64,000 bases of DNA from the human T2T-CHM13v2.0 reference genome, Homo sapiens, in assembly GCF_009914755.1 (NCBI RefSeq), contig NC_060938.1; one strand, given 5' to 3'. Of this stretch, positions 33,064 to 50,685 are shown one piece after another. A program made the translations under genes and the position numbers. Numbering within the stretch: the stretch's first letter is position 1; each line of letters begins with the position of its first letter. Under the pieces are notes generated by a model, which had not been told where the DNA came from, made no database searches, and saw only the letters and a program-made list of their open reading frames with translations.

Positions 33064-33270
33064 CTTAAATCTCATTTTTGAATTGTAGTAAGACTGTCCT
33101 CGACACCTTCTTGATCTCTAGATAACAGTTGCCAACACAGAAAAATGACAAAAAGTGCACTTAAGACTTTCTTATTGTTCATTCAGTGATGTTCATGTGC
33201 AAGATATAGCTACCTCTGCATTGTGCTTGCTCAAAAGGTACCCGCTCCTGTTTATTAATGGAAATGCAAT

Positions 33271-33605
33271 TATACATATATATAAATATTTTTTGAGACT
33301 CCTCTATCTCAAATATATATATAAATATTGAGAATCCTGTCTCAAATATATAAATATAAATATATATAATATATACTATATATAATATAGTATATATACT
33401 ATATATTATATATACTATATATAATATAGTATATATATTATATAGTATATATACTATATATAATATAGTATATATAATATATATACTATAGTATATATAT
33501 ACTATATTATATATAGTATATATACTATAGTATATATATACTATAGTATATATAATATATATACTATATTATATATATAATGTATATATAATGTAATATA
33601 TATAG
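33271..33605. repeat. AT-rich palindromic (TA)n-derived minisatellite
   Basis: tatagtatata / tatatactata units in both orientations. Confidence 0.95.
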
Positions 33606-34209
<604 letters not shown>

Positions 34210-34388
34210 AAATCTCGGGTATATTTTTAATGCCCTGCCAGAGATTTTTTTTTTTCTGAATATGTTGCTTTAGAACCATTTCCTTGCTAGTTTTAGTCTG
34301 TCATGATCAATTTCTTTATTTCTTTTTCTATTTCATTTTAAACACCTCAAGGAAAGACAACTCATATATTATCTTGCTGTGGGCCTAA

Positions 34389-34703
<315 letters not shown>

Positions 34704-34739
34704 TGCCAAATGTGATTTCGCCACAAGGTCGTTTGCTTG

Positions 34740-35030
34740 TTTATTTGCTCATTTACTTACTCATTTATTCACAAATTCAACAAATGCTTAGTGATAACCT
34801 ATTATGGGGCAATGCCAGTGCTAGGTATTAAAGAAACAATAGTGAAGACAGACAGGATCCTTGAGCTTAAGAAACTTTTGGTTTAATGGGAAAGAGACAC
34901 CTTAAATACATATACAGAAACATAATTACAAATGAAATTGTGACCCATGCTGTAAGGAATTAGTACAACTATAGTTACTTTAATTTTGGGATCAGGGATT
35001 GGGGAGAGGCAAAGGCTTCCTTAGGACATG
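34740..35030 (-). mobile_element. L2 3' end
   Basis: catttattcacaaattcaacaaatgcttag...gtgctaggtattaaagaaacaatagtgaag. Confidence 0.7.
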
Positions 35031-35031
35031 A

Positions 35032-35343
<312 letters not shown>

Positions 35344-35353
35344 GGGACATGGC

Positions 35354-35658
35354 TTTTATTTATTTGTTTATTTATTTTGAGATGGTCTTGCTCTGTCACC
35401 CAGGTTAGAGTGCAGTGGCGTGATCTAGGCTCACTGGAAGCTCTACCTCCTGAGTTTAACGGATTCTCTTGCCTCAGCCTCCTGAGTAGCTGGGATTACA
35501 GGTGCCTGCCACCATGCCCAGCTAATTTTTATATTTTTAGTAGAGACAGGATTTCACCATGTTGGCCAGGCTGGTCTCAAACTCCTGAACCCAGGTGATC
35601 CACCCGCCTTGGCCTCTCAAAGTACTAGGATTACAGGCATGAGCCACTGCCCCTGGCC
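35354..35658 (-). mobile_element. AluS
   Basis: Full dimer. Confidence 0.93.
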
Positions 35659-35879
35659 TGGATGTGGCTTTTAGATTGAGACTTGAGGGAGAAGGAGAGT
35701 TGACTGGGGCAGGTGAAGAGAAGTGCTTTCTAAAATGAACCCATATGCTGGGTGGATTTGGCTCTGTTTGCTTTTCTCTTTAGCCTGGAAGAATTTACTC
35801 ATTCAAATAATACTGAGAATCTACTATATGCAAGGCAGAGATAAAACCTTGTATGTGGAAATAATTTTGTATTAATCAC

Positions 35880-36174
35880 TTTTTTATTTTTTTGAGACAG
35901 GGTCTCACTGTGTCACCCAGGCTGGAGTGCAGTGGTGTGATGATGGCTCATGGCAGCCTTGACCTCCCAGGCTCAAGCAGTCCTCCTGCCTCAGCCTCTT
36001 AGGTAGCTGGGACTACAGGCACATACCACCATGCCTGGCTAATTTTAATTTTTTTTGTAGAGATGGAGTCTCCTTTGTTGCCTAGGCTGATCTTGAACCC
36101 TTAGCCTCAAGGGATCCTACTGCCGTGGCCTCCCAAAGTGCTGGGATTACAGGCATGAATCATCACAGCAGGCC
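35880..36174 (-). mobile_element. AluJ
   Basis: Diverged dimer. Confidence 0.92.
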
Positions 36175-36207
36175 TGTACTAAATACTCTTTAATGATATA
36201 GGGAAGT

Positions 36208-40434
<4,227 letters not shown>

Positions 40435-40578
40435 TTATTTATGATGCTGAGATTATTTCTGCCTCTAGAGTTCATTTCTCCTCTTTATTTCAGTAATTGA
40501 GTAAGAAAATAAATAAAAGGACTAAAGATAGAGGGATCAATTATAAGGGTTGGCAAAAAATAATGATGATCTTGTACT

Positions 40579-41006
40579 TGTTAAAAGAAACTTCAGTTGA
40601 ATTAAATTTAAAGGAGTTTGATTGAGCAACAAACAATTTGCGAATCGGGCAGCCCCCAGAATCACAGCAGATTTAGAGAGACACCAGGGATGCCTCGTGG
40701 TCGGAACAAATTTATAGATAAAAAAAAAGGAAACTGACAAAAATCGGAAATGAGGTACAGAAATAGCTGGATTGTTTACAGGTTGGCGTTTGCCTTATTT
40801 GAACACAGTTTGAACACTCAGCAGTGTATGAGTGGTTGAAGTACGGCTGCTGGGATTGGCCAAGACTCAGGTATCTTTACAAGCATATACTGCTAAATTG
40901 GGTTTTCAATCTCGTCTGCCTATTAAGCTAGGTTACTCTTTGTCTACAAGGACTCAAATATAAAAGTACGGAGTTCTTCTCAGGCCATATTTAGTTTGCT
41001 TTAACA
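40579..41006 (-). mobile_element. MER57 (ERV1) solo LTR
   Basis: Minus strand starts TGTTAAAGCAAACTAAATATGGCCTGAGAAG; flanks tact/gact. Confidence 0.85.
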
Positions 41007-41616
41007 GACTTATTAATAATTTTTCCTGGGTTTCAGTTTCTTTGTCATTAATATGATAAGATGGACTAGATACTGTGCAAGGCTTCACCCAGCTTCAAGT
41101 TTTTGTCAATACTAACTTCAGTATTTGCCTATGAGAAATAATTCTGGCAGCATTATTACTTGAAATATTTTGCATGAAATATACAAAAAAATTACTTCTG
41201 GGAATATATTTGAATTATATGAAGCTGTTTGCAAAATCGTATTTTAATTTAGCTGTCAATAAATTTCGTATCATTATTTATTTCTTTTTCAATTCGCCAA
41301 ATGTATTATTATTTGGAAAATTATACTTGAAGAATACTAGACTAATCAAGTGTATACTCAGGTAAGTGTAATCAGTTATACAGTTAATTATATATATAAA
41401 TTTCTTTTTTAATCTGTTGCTGTTTAGCTCTGAGATTTAAAACTGTTATTTGAAACTGGAAAGCAAAATGTAGTGCCAAGCATTAGATTTTTCCCCTTTC
41501 TGCTCAGTTGCAGAAAATTATGAAGTACTAAAATCTCAGCCAAGTAATACAGTTATAAAATGATATTTTTTAAATAGAATCATTTGTGTTTGTGTGTGAG
41601 TGTATATATATATATA

Positions 41617-41906
41617 TTTTTTTGTTTGTTTGTTTGTTTAGACTGAGTCTCGCTCTGTTATCCAGGCTGCAGTGCAGTTGCAGGATCTCGGCTCACTGCA
41701 ACCTCCGTCAGTGATTCTCCTGTCTCAGCCTCCTGTGTAGCTGGGATTACAGGCATGCGCCACCATACCCAGCTAATTTTTGTATTTTTAGTAGAGATGG
41801 GGTTTCACCATGTTGGCCAGGCTGGTCTCAAACTCCTGACCTCAGGTGATCTGCCCACCTCGGCCTCCCAAACTGCTGGGATTACAGGTGTGAGCCATTG
41901 CACCGA
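41617..41906 (-). mobile_element. AluS
   Basis: Dimer with a small internal deletion. Confidence 0.93.
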
Positions 41907-43109
41907 GCTTGCATATATATTTTTCAAAGGGATATGCAAATACTGTTAATTGTGTTACAATTTTGGCCAGAAATGAAGCCCCTGGGGCCAGTCCGAGAAT
42001 GCTGCAGTGTTTTGCCAATTTTAAACCTGTTTTCATTCCTTCTTTGATTTCTGGATGAAGTATGAGCCACTTTTATCATTCTGCATAGATGGTTATCAGC
42101 CCGGCTGTTCCCTCATCAAATTAATTAATAAAGATTCCAAATGAGTCATAATTTCATCCAAGGAGTAATTTTGGCAAGAGGATGACTTGGCTGAAGTTTC
42201 TCACTTGTCTTTCTCCAAAGAGAACATTAGTCTTAAGAGTCTTGGCCACATTCTGTACTGCATCCCTGTGGACCATCACCTGCCATTGGATGGAGTGGGG
42301 TTTCCCTACTCTAAAGATGACAACACAGAGAATAAAATCTCTACTATACTCACATGTTTCAAGGGAAAAATAAACCTAATAACTATTTAGGTGGGAAATG
42401 GCTTTGGAGTCTGATAAGTCAGGATTGAAATACTGTTTTCATCAGTTATTTGCTATATAACTTCAGTTTCCTGTCTAAAAATGGAGTAATAATTCTGTAA
42501 CCCACATGCAAGTAGACCTTGTTAAATTACCGTATGCTTATATAAGATTGAGCTCAGCCTATTGACATTTTTGGGAAAAATAAAAGCCAGAATCTGCAAT
42601 GAGAAGTAATGAAGACTTATGACTAGAGGTTACTCAGGAAAAAATAAGACTATTGCATTATATATCACATAAGCAAGTTTCTCTAAAACTCCTCTTTAAG
42701 CATTTTTACTTCCACCCACCGCACCCCTCCATCACCATTGCAGTACCTACATCCATTTTCATATGCATTAGTTAGGGTAATGCCTAGCTAGTATAACAGA
42801 GTCCCAAAATCCAAAATGCAGTGGTTTAAAGGAAAAAGATGCTCTCTGTCTCTGTCTGTCTCTCTCTCTCTCTCCCCACCCCTTTCACAACAGCTAAGAT
42901 ATAAATAATCCTGGCCAGCAGGGCAGCTCTGTTCTCTTGTTATTCAACAACCCAGGTTATTTCTAAACCGTAGCTCTGCATTGTCATTATCTGCATAATA
43001 TGATAAAAGTATATGGATTCTAGATGGAGGGAAGGGAAAAGAGAGTGTGAAGGAGGCACAGCTCTGTGTCTGAAGATCCAGGCTCATAAGTGCACATTTC
43101 ACTTCTTCT

Positions 43110-43657
43110 TGTTACCGGAAAGGGGTCCCAATCCAGACCCCAAGAGACGGTTCGTGGATCTCGCCCAAGAAAGAATTCAGGGCACGCCTGTAAAGTGAAA
43201 GCAAGTTTATTAAGAAAGTAAAAGAATAAAAAGAATGGCTACTCCATAGGCAGAGCAGCCCTGAGGGCTGCTGGTTGCCCATTTTTATGGTTATTTCTTG
43301 ATGATTTGCTAAACAAGGGGTCGATTATTCATTCCTCCCCTTTTTAGACTGTATGGGGTAGCTTCCTGACATTGCTGTAGCATTTGTAAACTGTCATGGT
43401 GCTGGTCGGAGTGTAGCAGTGAAAACAACCAAAGGTCACTCTCTTCACCATCTTGGTTTTGGTGGGTTTTGGCCAGCTTCTTTACTGCACCTGTATTATA
43501 GGCAAGGTCTTTATTATGCGTATCTTGTGCCAACCTCCTATTTCTTCCTGTGACTTAGAATGCCTAACTGTCTGGGAATGCAACCCTGTAGGTATCAGCC
43601 TTATTTTACCCAGCCCCTGTTCAAGATGGAGTTGCTCTAGTTTAAACACCTATAACA
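43110..43657 (-). mobile_element. MER41 (MER41A-type) solo LTR
   Basis: tgttaccggaaaggggtcccaatccagacccc...caagatggagttgctctagtttaaacacctataaca; flanks ttct/tgct. Confidence 0.9.
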
Positions 43658-43668
43658 TGCTGACATTT

Positions 43669-44302
43669 TGATATAGGAACTAAAAAGAAATTATCTAGGC
43701 AGTTAGTGAGGATAAGAGAGTCCTCAATAAGGCTTCCCTTTAAGCAAAAAGCAGCCTCCAAATCATTTCTTTTCTAGCAAAGAGTAGCCTGTAAAATCAA
43801 GCTGCAGACCTAAATAAGGAAGCTGGAAGCTCTCATGGGTGAATGTCGGCAACTGCCCTAATAGGAAAAGGCTACCTGGGGGCCAGGCATGGTCAATATG
43901 GAGGCTCCATTTTCCCTTTAGTCAACCACGTGTACAGTAAAGGAACAGGCAACAAAGCCCAGCCAGGTAGAGAACCCATCTGCATCATAAAAGATTAGGG
44001 TGGGGTGGCCAGCTTCTTCCCGTGCTATGTAAATGACACACCTGGTCCAACCAATCTTCGGGCCATATGTAAATCAGACACCGCCTCCTCAAGCTCATTT
44101 ATAAAACCCCATGCATTTCACCATGAAACCGAAAGACCCACTCAGGAGTCCCTCTCTTGCCACAGGAGACACAGCCCTTCTCTTTCTGTCACGTATCAAA
44201 CCTTCGCTCTTAAACTCATTCCTTGTGTGTCTTGTGTCCTTGATTTCCTTGGCGTGAGGCAACAAACCTTGGGTATTACCCCAGACGAATGACGCCGCTT
44301 CA
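43669..44302 (+). mobile_element. MER51 (MER51A-like) solo LTR
   Basis: tgatataggaactaaaaagaaattatctaggc...ccccagacgaatgacgccgcttca; flanks attt/gttt. Confidence 0.85.
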
Positions 44303-44940
44303 GTTTCACTGTTGACAACTTAATCACATGACTGCCCATAAAGTGGTAGTTTGCAAATTGGCCACAATCCTTCACTTTACCCTGTATCCAAGCCCTTTTC
44401 AATGTGATTTTGCAGCTTCTCCTACTAAGGAGGTAGAGTCTATTTCTTCTTTAGAATCTGGCATAGATTTGTTTTTTGTAAGTAGAGTGTGGCAGAAGTA
44501 AGTGATGAGGCAGTTCAGAGCCTAGACTTTAAGAGCCATTCCACTTTCTCTTTTGGAATTCTCTTCAGGGGTCATGTGAACAAGAAAACAAGTCCAACTG
44601 GCCTGCTGGAGGATAAGGCACCATGTGGGGCAGAGATCAGCCATCCCAGCTGAGCCCAGCCCAAACCGATGACCCATAGAGTTGTGAACTAAATAAGTGG
44701 TTATCCGTTGCAAATTGGGTTACCTGGGAGGTATTGTAGATGCTGAGATGGAGTTAGGAATGCGAAATAGCTGTGAAAGGGGACAGGAAGGAAGCAAGGC
44801 TTGGCTGGAGGAGCCATCATGTTCCTGACAAGTGTCTGTCAGTCCAACAAAAGTTCCAAAATAAAAATTGCCCATTAGAGGATGTAAGGGAGAAAAGTAA
44901 TCTCTCTCTTTTCCATTGCTAGGTTCATGGCTGAGACATC

Positions 44941-45470
44941 TGTGAAAAGAAAATAAATCTTGGGACCCCAAAATCACGAAGCCAAAGGGAAAAGCCAACC
45001 TGGGAACTGCTTAGGGCAAACCTGCCTTCCATTCTATTTTTTAAAAAGATAGCTACTAAGATTTAAAAGCTACATACCTCCCTCATAAAGAACTTCCTTG
45101 TGGGCAAAGGACAGACAGAACTCAGAGTCATTCCTTTACTGACATAAATGCCTATCTGACTGCCTCCTTTGGAAAGGCTATTCAGAAACTCAAAATAATG
45201 CAACCGTTTGTCTCTTACCTACCTATGACCTGGAAGTCCCATCCCCACTTCAAGTTGTTCTGCCTTTCCAGTTCGAACCACTGTACATCTTACGTATACT
45301 GGTTGATGTCTCATGTCTCCCTAAAATGTATAAAACCAAGTTGTGCCCCGACCACCTTGGGCACATGTCATCAGGGCCTCCTGAAGCTGTGTCATGGGCA
45401 TGCCCTTAACCGTGGCAAAATAAACTTCCTAAATTGATTAAGGCTTGTCTCAGATACTCTTTGGTTTACA
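44941..45470 (+). mobile_element. MER4A solo LTR
   Basis: tgtgaaaagaaaataaatcttgggaccccaaaatcac...ctctttggtttaca. Confidence 0.88.
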
Positions 45471-45776
45471 AACCTATAACAAAAGACAGATTAAAAAGAG
45501 AAAGGCATATAAATTTATTTAATATGAGTTTTATGTGGCACTCAAACTTTTGAAAATGAAGACCTAAAGAAACAGGGAAACGTATGTATTTTAATGCTAA
45601 GTTTGATGAAGTGGAGAGTTGTGGAGAAGTATGATTAGACAAAGGGTGTATGATGTAGAGGTAATAAACTGGGGGTAACTTAGCGAGAACTGTTTGTTCA
45701 GATTCTTCTGTGTTCCTGTGTCTTCAGAGATAATGATATTCCTTTCCTCTAGGTATAGGGAGGGTGTCTCTGTGGC

Positions 45777-46084
45777 TTTTTTTTTTTTTTTTTTTTTTTT
45801 TGAGACAGAGTCTCATTCTGTCGCCCAGGCTGGAGTGCAGTGGTGCAATCTCGGCTCACCACATCTTCTGCCTCCTGGGTTCAAGCAATTCTCCTGCCTC
45901 AGACTTGTGAGTAGCTGGGACCACAGGAGCGCACTGCCACGCCTGGCTAATTTTTGTATGTTTAGTAGAGATGGGGTTTTGCCATGTTGGCCAGGCTGGT
46001 CTTGAACTCCTGCCCTCCAGTAATCGGCCCACCTCGGCCTCCCGAAGTGCTGAGATTACAGGCATCAGCTGCGGCACCCAGCCT
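45777..46084 (-). mobile_element. AluS
   Basis: TSD gggagggtgtctct / gggagagtgtctct. Confidence 0.94.
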
Positions 46085-46639
46085 GGGAGAGTGTCTCTAG
46101 AATGAGGGTCTTGTGACCTGCATCAGAGGAAGGTCAGATAATTCTTTTATGGCCTGCTTCAGGCAAAAAGGTTGGGAGAAGATCAGAGAGTGCTTTCTGC
46201 TTCCACGATTTTCTCAAATGCCAAGGTGCCCTATTTTGTGACAGTATGTTCTGAACCCCATCAAGGAGTCCTGCATTGGACAGAAATGGCTAGGCCTTTG
46301 CACCACTGCCTTGCTCAGTCATGGGCTAGGGGTTACCCAGAGATGAGAATGACTTCAGTTTAAAAGCTGTCAGCTAATTATACTTCTCACTGTCCAGCAG
46401 TGAGTCCTCTCTTGAAGAAGGATCTGAGTGGGGCATCTTCATGTATGCCACATTATTGCTTTAGACCACCAAGTCTTTGGGTTATTTGTTATGTAGCAAA
46501 AGCTAACTGATTCACATAACTGCAAGGGAGGTTGGGAATTAAGCTAGGCACCCTTTAAAAAAAAGAGAGAGAAAGAAAGTGCGTGGGTATAGGTGTGTGT
46601 GCAGGTGATTCCAAGTCTCTCTTGCAGCCAGTGCAGAGG

Positions 46640-46986
46640 CACAATGCCTATCAATCAGAGCACATGCCCTCGATTTTGAGATGAAAATAATGATGCAAAG
46701 AAGGAGCCCAGCAGAATCCTGTCTGGTAGCTGTCTGGAGGCACAGAAGCAGCGTCTTCAGCAGCAATGTCCAAAGTCCAGTGTCAGTGGGTGGGGAGGCA
46801 AGCTGGCTGTGCCCAGTGACAGCACCAGTGGCATCTTCCTTGCACAAATCTGAAATTAGTTCCTGTAGTTCATGGCCTTCCAAAGATTCCATCAGATGCC
46901 CAATATATTTTCAATAGATTTCCTCTCCTGCTTAAATCAGCCTGAGTAGTTTTCTGCTGCTTGTGACTGAGAGCCTGACTGAAATA
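46640..46986 (+). mobile_element. Old ERVL LTR (LTR33-like) 3' part
   Basis: gcttaaatcagcctgagtagttttctgctgcttgtgactgagagcctgactgaaata. Confidence 0.45.
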
Positions 46987-47119
46987 GAATACATGACTTT
47001 TTAATTTCAGCCCACACAAGTGGGGAGCAGGAAACATTCCCTTCCACTTTGGGCAAATTTTTACATCTGGAGAATGAGCTTACATGAGAATCTGATGAAA
47101 AACATTTTCCTCCTTCAAG

Positions 47120-47270
47120 TCAAATTACTTGAATTTGATGTCTTTTGCTATTCACTTGCTATATGACCTTGAGCAATTCTCAGTTTCTGAAAGTCTCTAA
47201 AATATCACTTATAATACATGCACCCGGGAGTTGTTGTGAGGCGTAAATGTGATAGCACATATGAAAGTAA
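47120..47270. mobile_element. MIR
   Basis: tgaccttgagcaattctcagtttc...gttgttgtgagg. Confidence 0.6.
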
Positions 47271-47945
47271 TCTTTAAATTGTTACATATTTAGCAAGTGT
47301 AACTTATTTTTAAATAGAAAAAAATCCTACCAAGCTCTTGCTCCAAACCTGATACACTAATTCCCCCCTTGGGACAGTTTGGATAGTAATTAAAGTCAGT
47401 TTATGAGCTTGTACACATTCTTCACATAATCTGAGCTTGTTCCAACTTCTTTGTATAATTAATTGGCGGCATTTTCTGTGCCAAATGTACCTTTGTAATC
47501 TTCTTGCTGTATAAGTAGTAGGAGTCACTCATCTCAATAACTCATAAGCATTTTTAAAAATTTGTGAAAAAATAAATTTTGTCATTTGGGGTCTAAAATA
47601 AAAGTAAATAAATGTAATGTGGGTGAAAAGTACGGCTTTCATGCTCATTTATGCAATCCATGGATTGGACTTTGCATTTTTCCATTCTTAGTTTGGAGTT
47701 TCAGAACTTGGTTAGAGAACTTGGATACGAAGTGGGGAAGCAGTTCAGGAGACAGTAGGCCTGAGAGTATTTCTGTAATTCTTCCTGATATTCTTTGCAA
47801 AACATTGTTTGGCCTGTTATGATATATATTTATTACAGAGAAATTAGAAAATATAAATAAAAATTTTTTGAATCCTATTATTACTACATTGGTATTTAGT
47901 TATCTGTTGTTTAGTTGTTCATTTTGTGTGTAATGACTCATTGTG

Positions 47946-48620
<675 letters not shown>

Positions 48621-49691
48621 CTGTGTAACATACCACCACAAACTTAGTGGTATAAAACATTTTGTGATGTGTGCAGATTCTGCGGGTCAGGAATTCAGAT
48701 ACAGAGTTGTGAAATGGTTTGTCTCTGCTTCAAGATATTGGGGGCCTCAGCTGGGAAAAGACTTGCTGGTGACTCACTAGCTGGGGACTGGGGTCACCTG
48801 GTAGCACCCTCACTCAAATGTCTGCTAACCGGTCTGGGATGACCTGAAGGCTGGTTTCAGCTGGGTTGGTTGACTGGAATCTGGACCATCTACATTTAGC
48901 CTCTCTATGTGATTTGAACTTCTCACAGTATGGTGGCTAGGTTCTGAGAATTGTCCCAAGAGGAAACTTTCAGAGAGTGAGTCTTCCAAGAGAATCAGGC
49001 AGAAGCTGCATGATTTTTTATGAATTAACTTTGAGATCTGCATAGTGTTACTTCTGTTTCACTCTATTGGTCAAAGTGGTTACAAGCTTGCTCAGATGCA
49101 AGGGGAAGGGGACAGACATAGGCCTCACCATTCAAGGGGAGAAATATCAAAGAATTTGGGGACCAACTTTAAAACACATATCTTGCAAGACTTTTTTGTA
49201 TGGCCTACAAAATATACCCCCACACACATACATATGCATTTAAGTGCATTTTAAAAACAAAAATATCACGCATTCTGTGTTAAGCACAACCTTATGTAAC
49301 AAGGAAAGAAAAGTTTTATTGAGATGACTGTTGACTTTCAAGAATATTTAAATTCCAAGAAGTTCTATACAATGATCTTAAGATGATCATCCATGGAAGC
49401 ACATTTTAGAGTTTCTTAAAGATTAATTCAGTCAAAAAATAAAATTTTGGAAAGACAGTATCCATTGAGAGTTGCGGAATACAGGTCTAAACAGTGATAA
49501 CTTTTCTAATTTCTAACTTATTGAGTTCAACATTTTATTTGAAGACTCTAAATGGAGCCCTAATGTTAAAAAAAAAAAAAGAGCTGAAAATGAGGTGTTA
49601 TTTTGTCTCAAATACTTCTTAAGATAATGTGAGTTCCACAGAGCAAAAACATAGTTTGAGTTTTTTTGTGGTCACAGACAGGCTGTAGAGA

Positions 49692-49833
49692 GGGTCCTTC
49701 AAACACGGTCATGCACGAAATCACCTGGGCCTGTTCGCATGCAGCCTAGGCTTGGCCCCAGGCTCTGCAGTTCTAACAAGCTCCCAGGTGAAGCTGCTGT
49801 CTCCTCAGCAGAACATTTTCTGAGCAGCAAGGG
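49692..49833. mobile_element. MER5-like hAT MITE
   Basis: aatcacctggg...ctgcagttctaacaagctcccaggtga. Confidence 0.7.
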
Positions 49834-50007
49834 TTAGAACAGACAGGAAAACAGCCTGCATAGGCCTTACGTTTCATTTCAACTTGTTTTAAATTATAAA
49901 AGAAACACATGTTCATGATACAAAATTTATATATTGCAAAAATATATAACTCCCTTAATGATTACTATCACAGAATGAAAAATTATACATATGCATACAT
50001 ATATATA

Positions 50008-50295
50008 TTTTAGAGACAGGGTCTCAATCTGTCTCTCAGGCTGGAGTGCAGTGGTATAGTCATGGCTCACTACAGCCTCCACCTCCCCTGGACTCAAGCA
50101 ATCCTCCCGCCTTAGCCTCCCAAAGTGCTGGGACCGCAGGCCAGCTATTTTGTTTTGTTTGGTTTTGTTTTATTCTTTGTAGAGATGGGGTCTCATGATG
50201 TTGCCCAGGCTTGTCTCAAACTCCTTGCCTAAGTGAATCTCCAGCCTTGGCCTCTCAAAGTGTTAGGATTACAGGCATGAGCCACTGCACCTGGC
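50008..50295 (-). mobile_element. AluJ
   Basis: Diverged dimer. Confidence 0.9.
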
Positions 50296-50319
50296 TGAAA
50301 AATAATATTAACTAATGTT

Positions 50320-50560
50320 TCTATATGTTTGTATTGAGCATTAAGTGATTTATATGCATTATCTGATTTAACCCCCAGACAATCTCAGGCAATGGGGAAA
50401 ATATTATTATTTGTGTCATTTTATAGAAAAAGGAATGAAAGCTTGGAGGGATTAACTTGCCAAGTGCAGGTGGAAGATGGCAGAGCTAAGATGCAAACTG
50501 GCCTTCAGACTTCTGACTTCAGAGCTTTTATTCTGAACCACAGGGTGAGACGGCCTTGTC
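50320..50560. mobile_element. MIR
   Basis: cattttatagaaaaaggaatgaaagcttggagggattaacttgccaag. Confidence 0.6.
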
Positions 50561-50685
50561 CATTAATTATTTCCTCTATATGCACTATCATTAATTAGAA
50601 TAATAATTTTAAAACAGAATTATACCATGCAAACACTTTTATTTTTTAAATTTTATTTTCATTCTTTTTTTTTTTTTTTTTTTTT

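Larger units (their letters stand above)
44883..46263 (-). mobile_element. MER34-family (ERV1) LTR, split by MER4A and an Alu
   Basis: Minus strand starts TGATGGGGTTCAGAACATAC...GGCACCTTGGCATTTGAG; 4-bp TSD agga. Confidence 0.75.
44706..46452 (-). mobile_element. LTR16 (C-like) ERVL LTR, split by MER34
   Basis: gttgcaaattgggttacctggg...ttgcccattagagga|aggagtcctgcattgg...atgccaca; flanks ttatc/ttatt. Confidence 0.7.
44342..46514 (+). mobile_element. MLT1 (G/H-like) LTR, split by LTR16
   Basis: agtggtag...ttgttatgtagcaaaagctaactgattca; 5-bp TSD cataa. Confidence 0.75.
42765..46550 (-). mobile_element. Old MLT1 (J/K-like) LTR; outer shell of the nested stack
   Basis: Pieces 42765-43109, 43658-43668, 44303-44341 and 46515-46550 join into ...catttcacttct..gacattt..cacatg..cataactgcaagggagg. 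Confidence 0.65.

Noticed and set aside
41174-41368. Perfect splice donor CAG|GTAAGT at 41361 with a short AT-rich ORF
   Set aside because: No convincing acceptor, coding bias or recognisable peptide; such motifs occur by chance in 64 kb.
42120-42160. AP-1 site (ATGAGTCAT) with TAATTA motifs
   Set aside because: Short motifs alone are not enough to call an enhancer.
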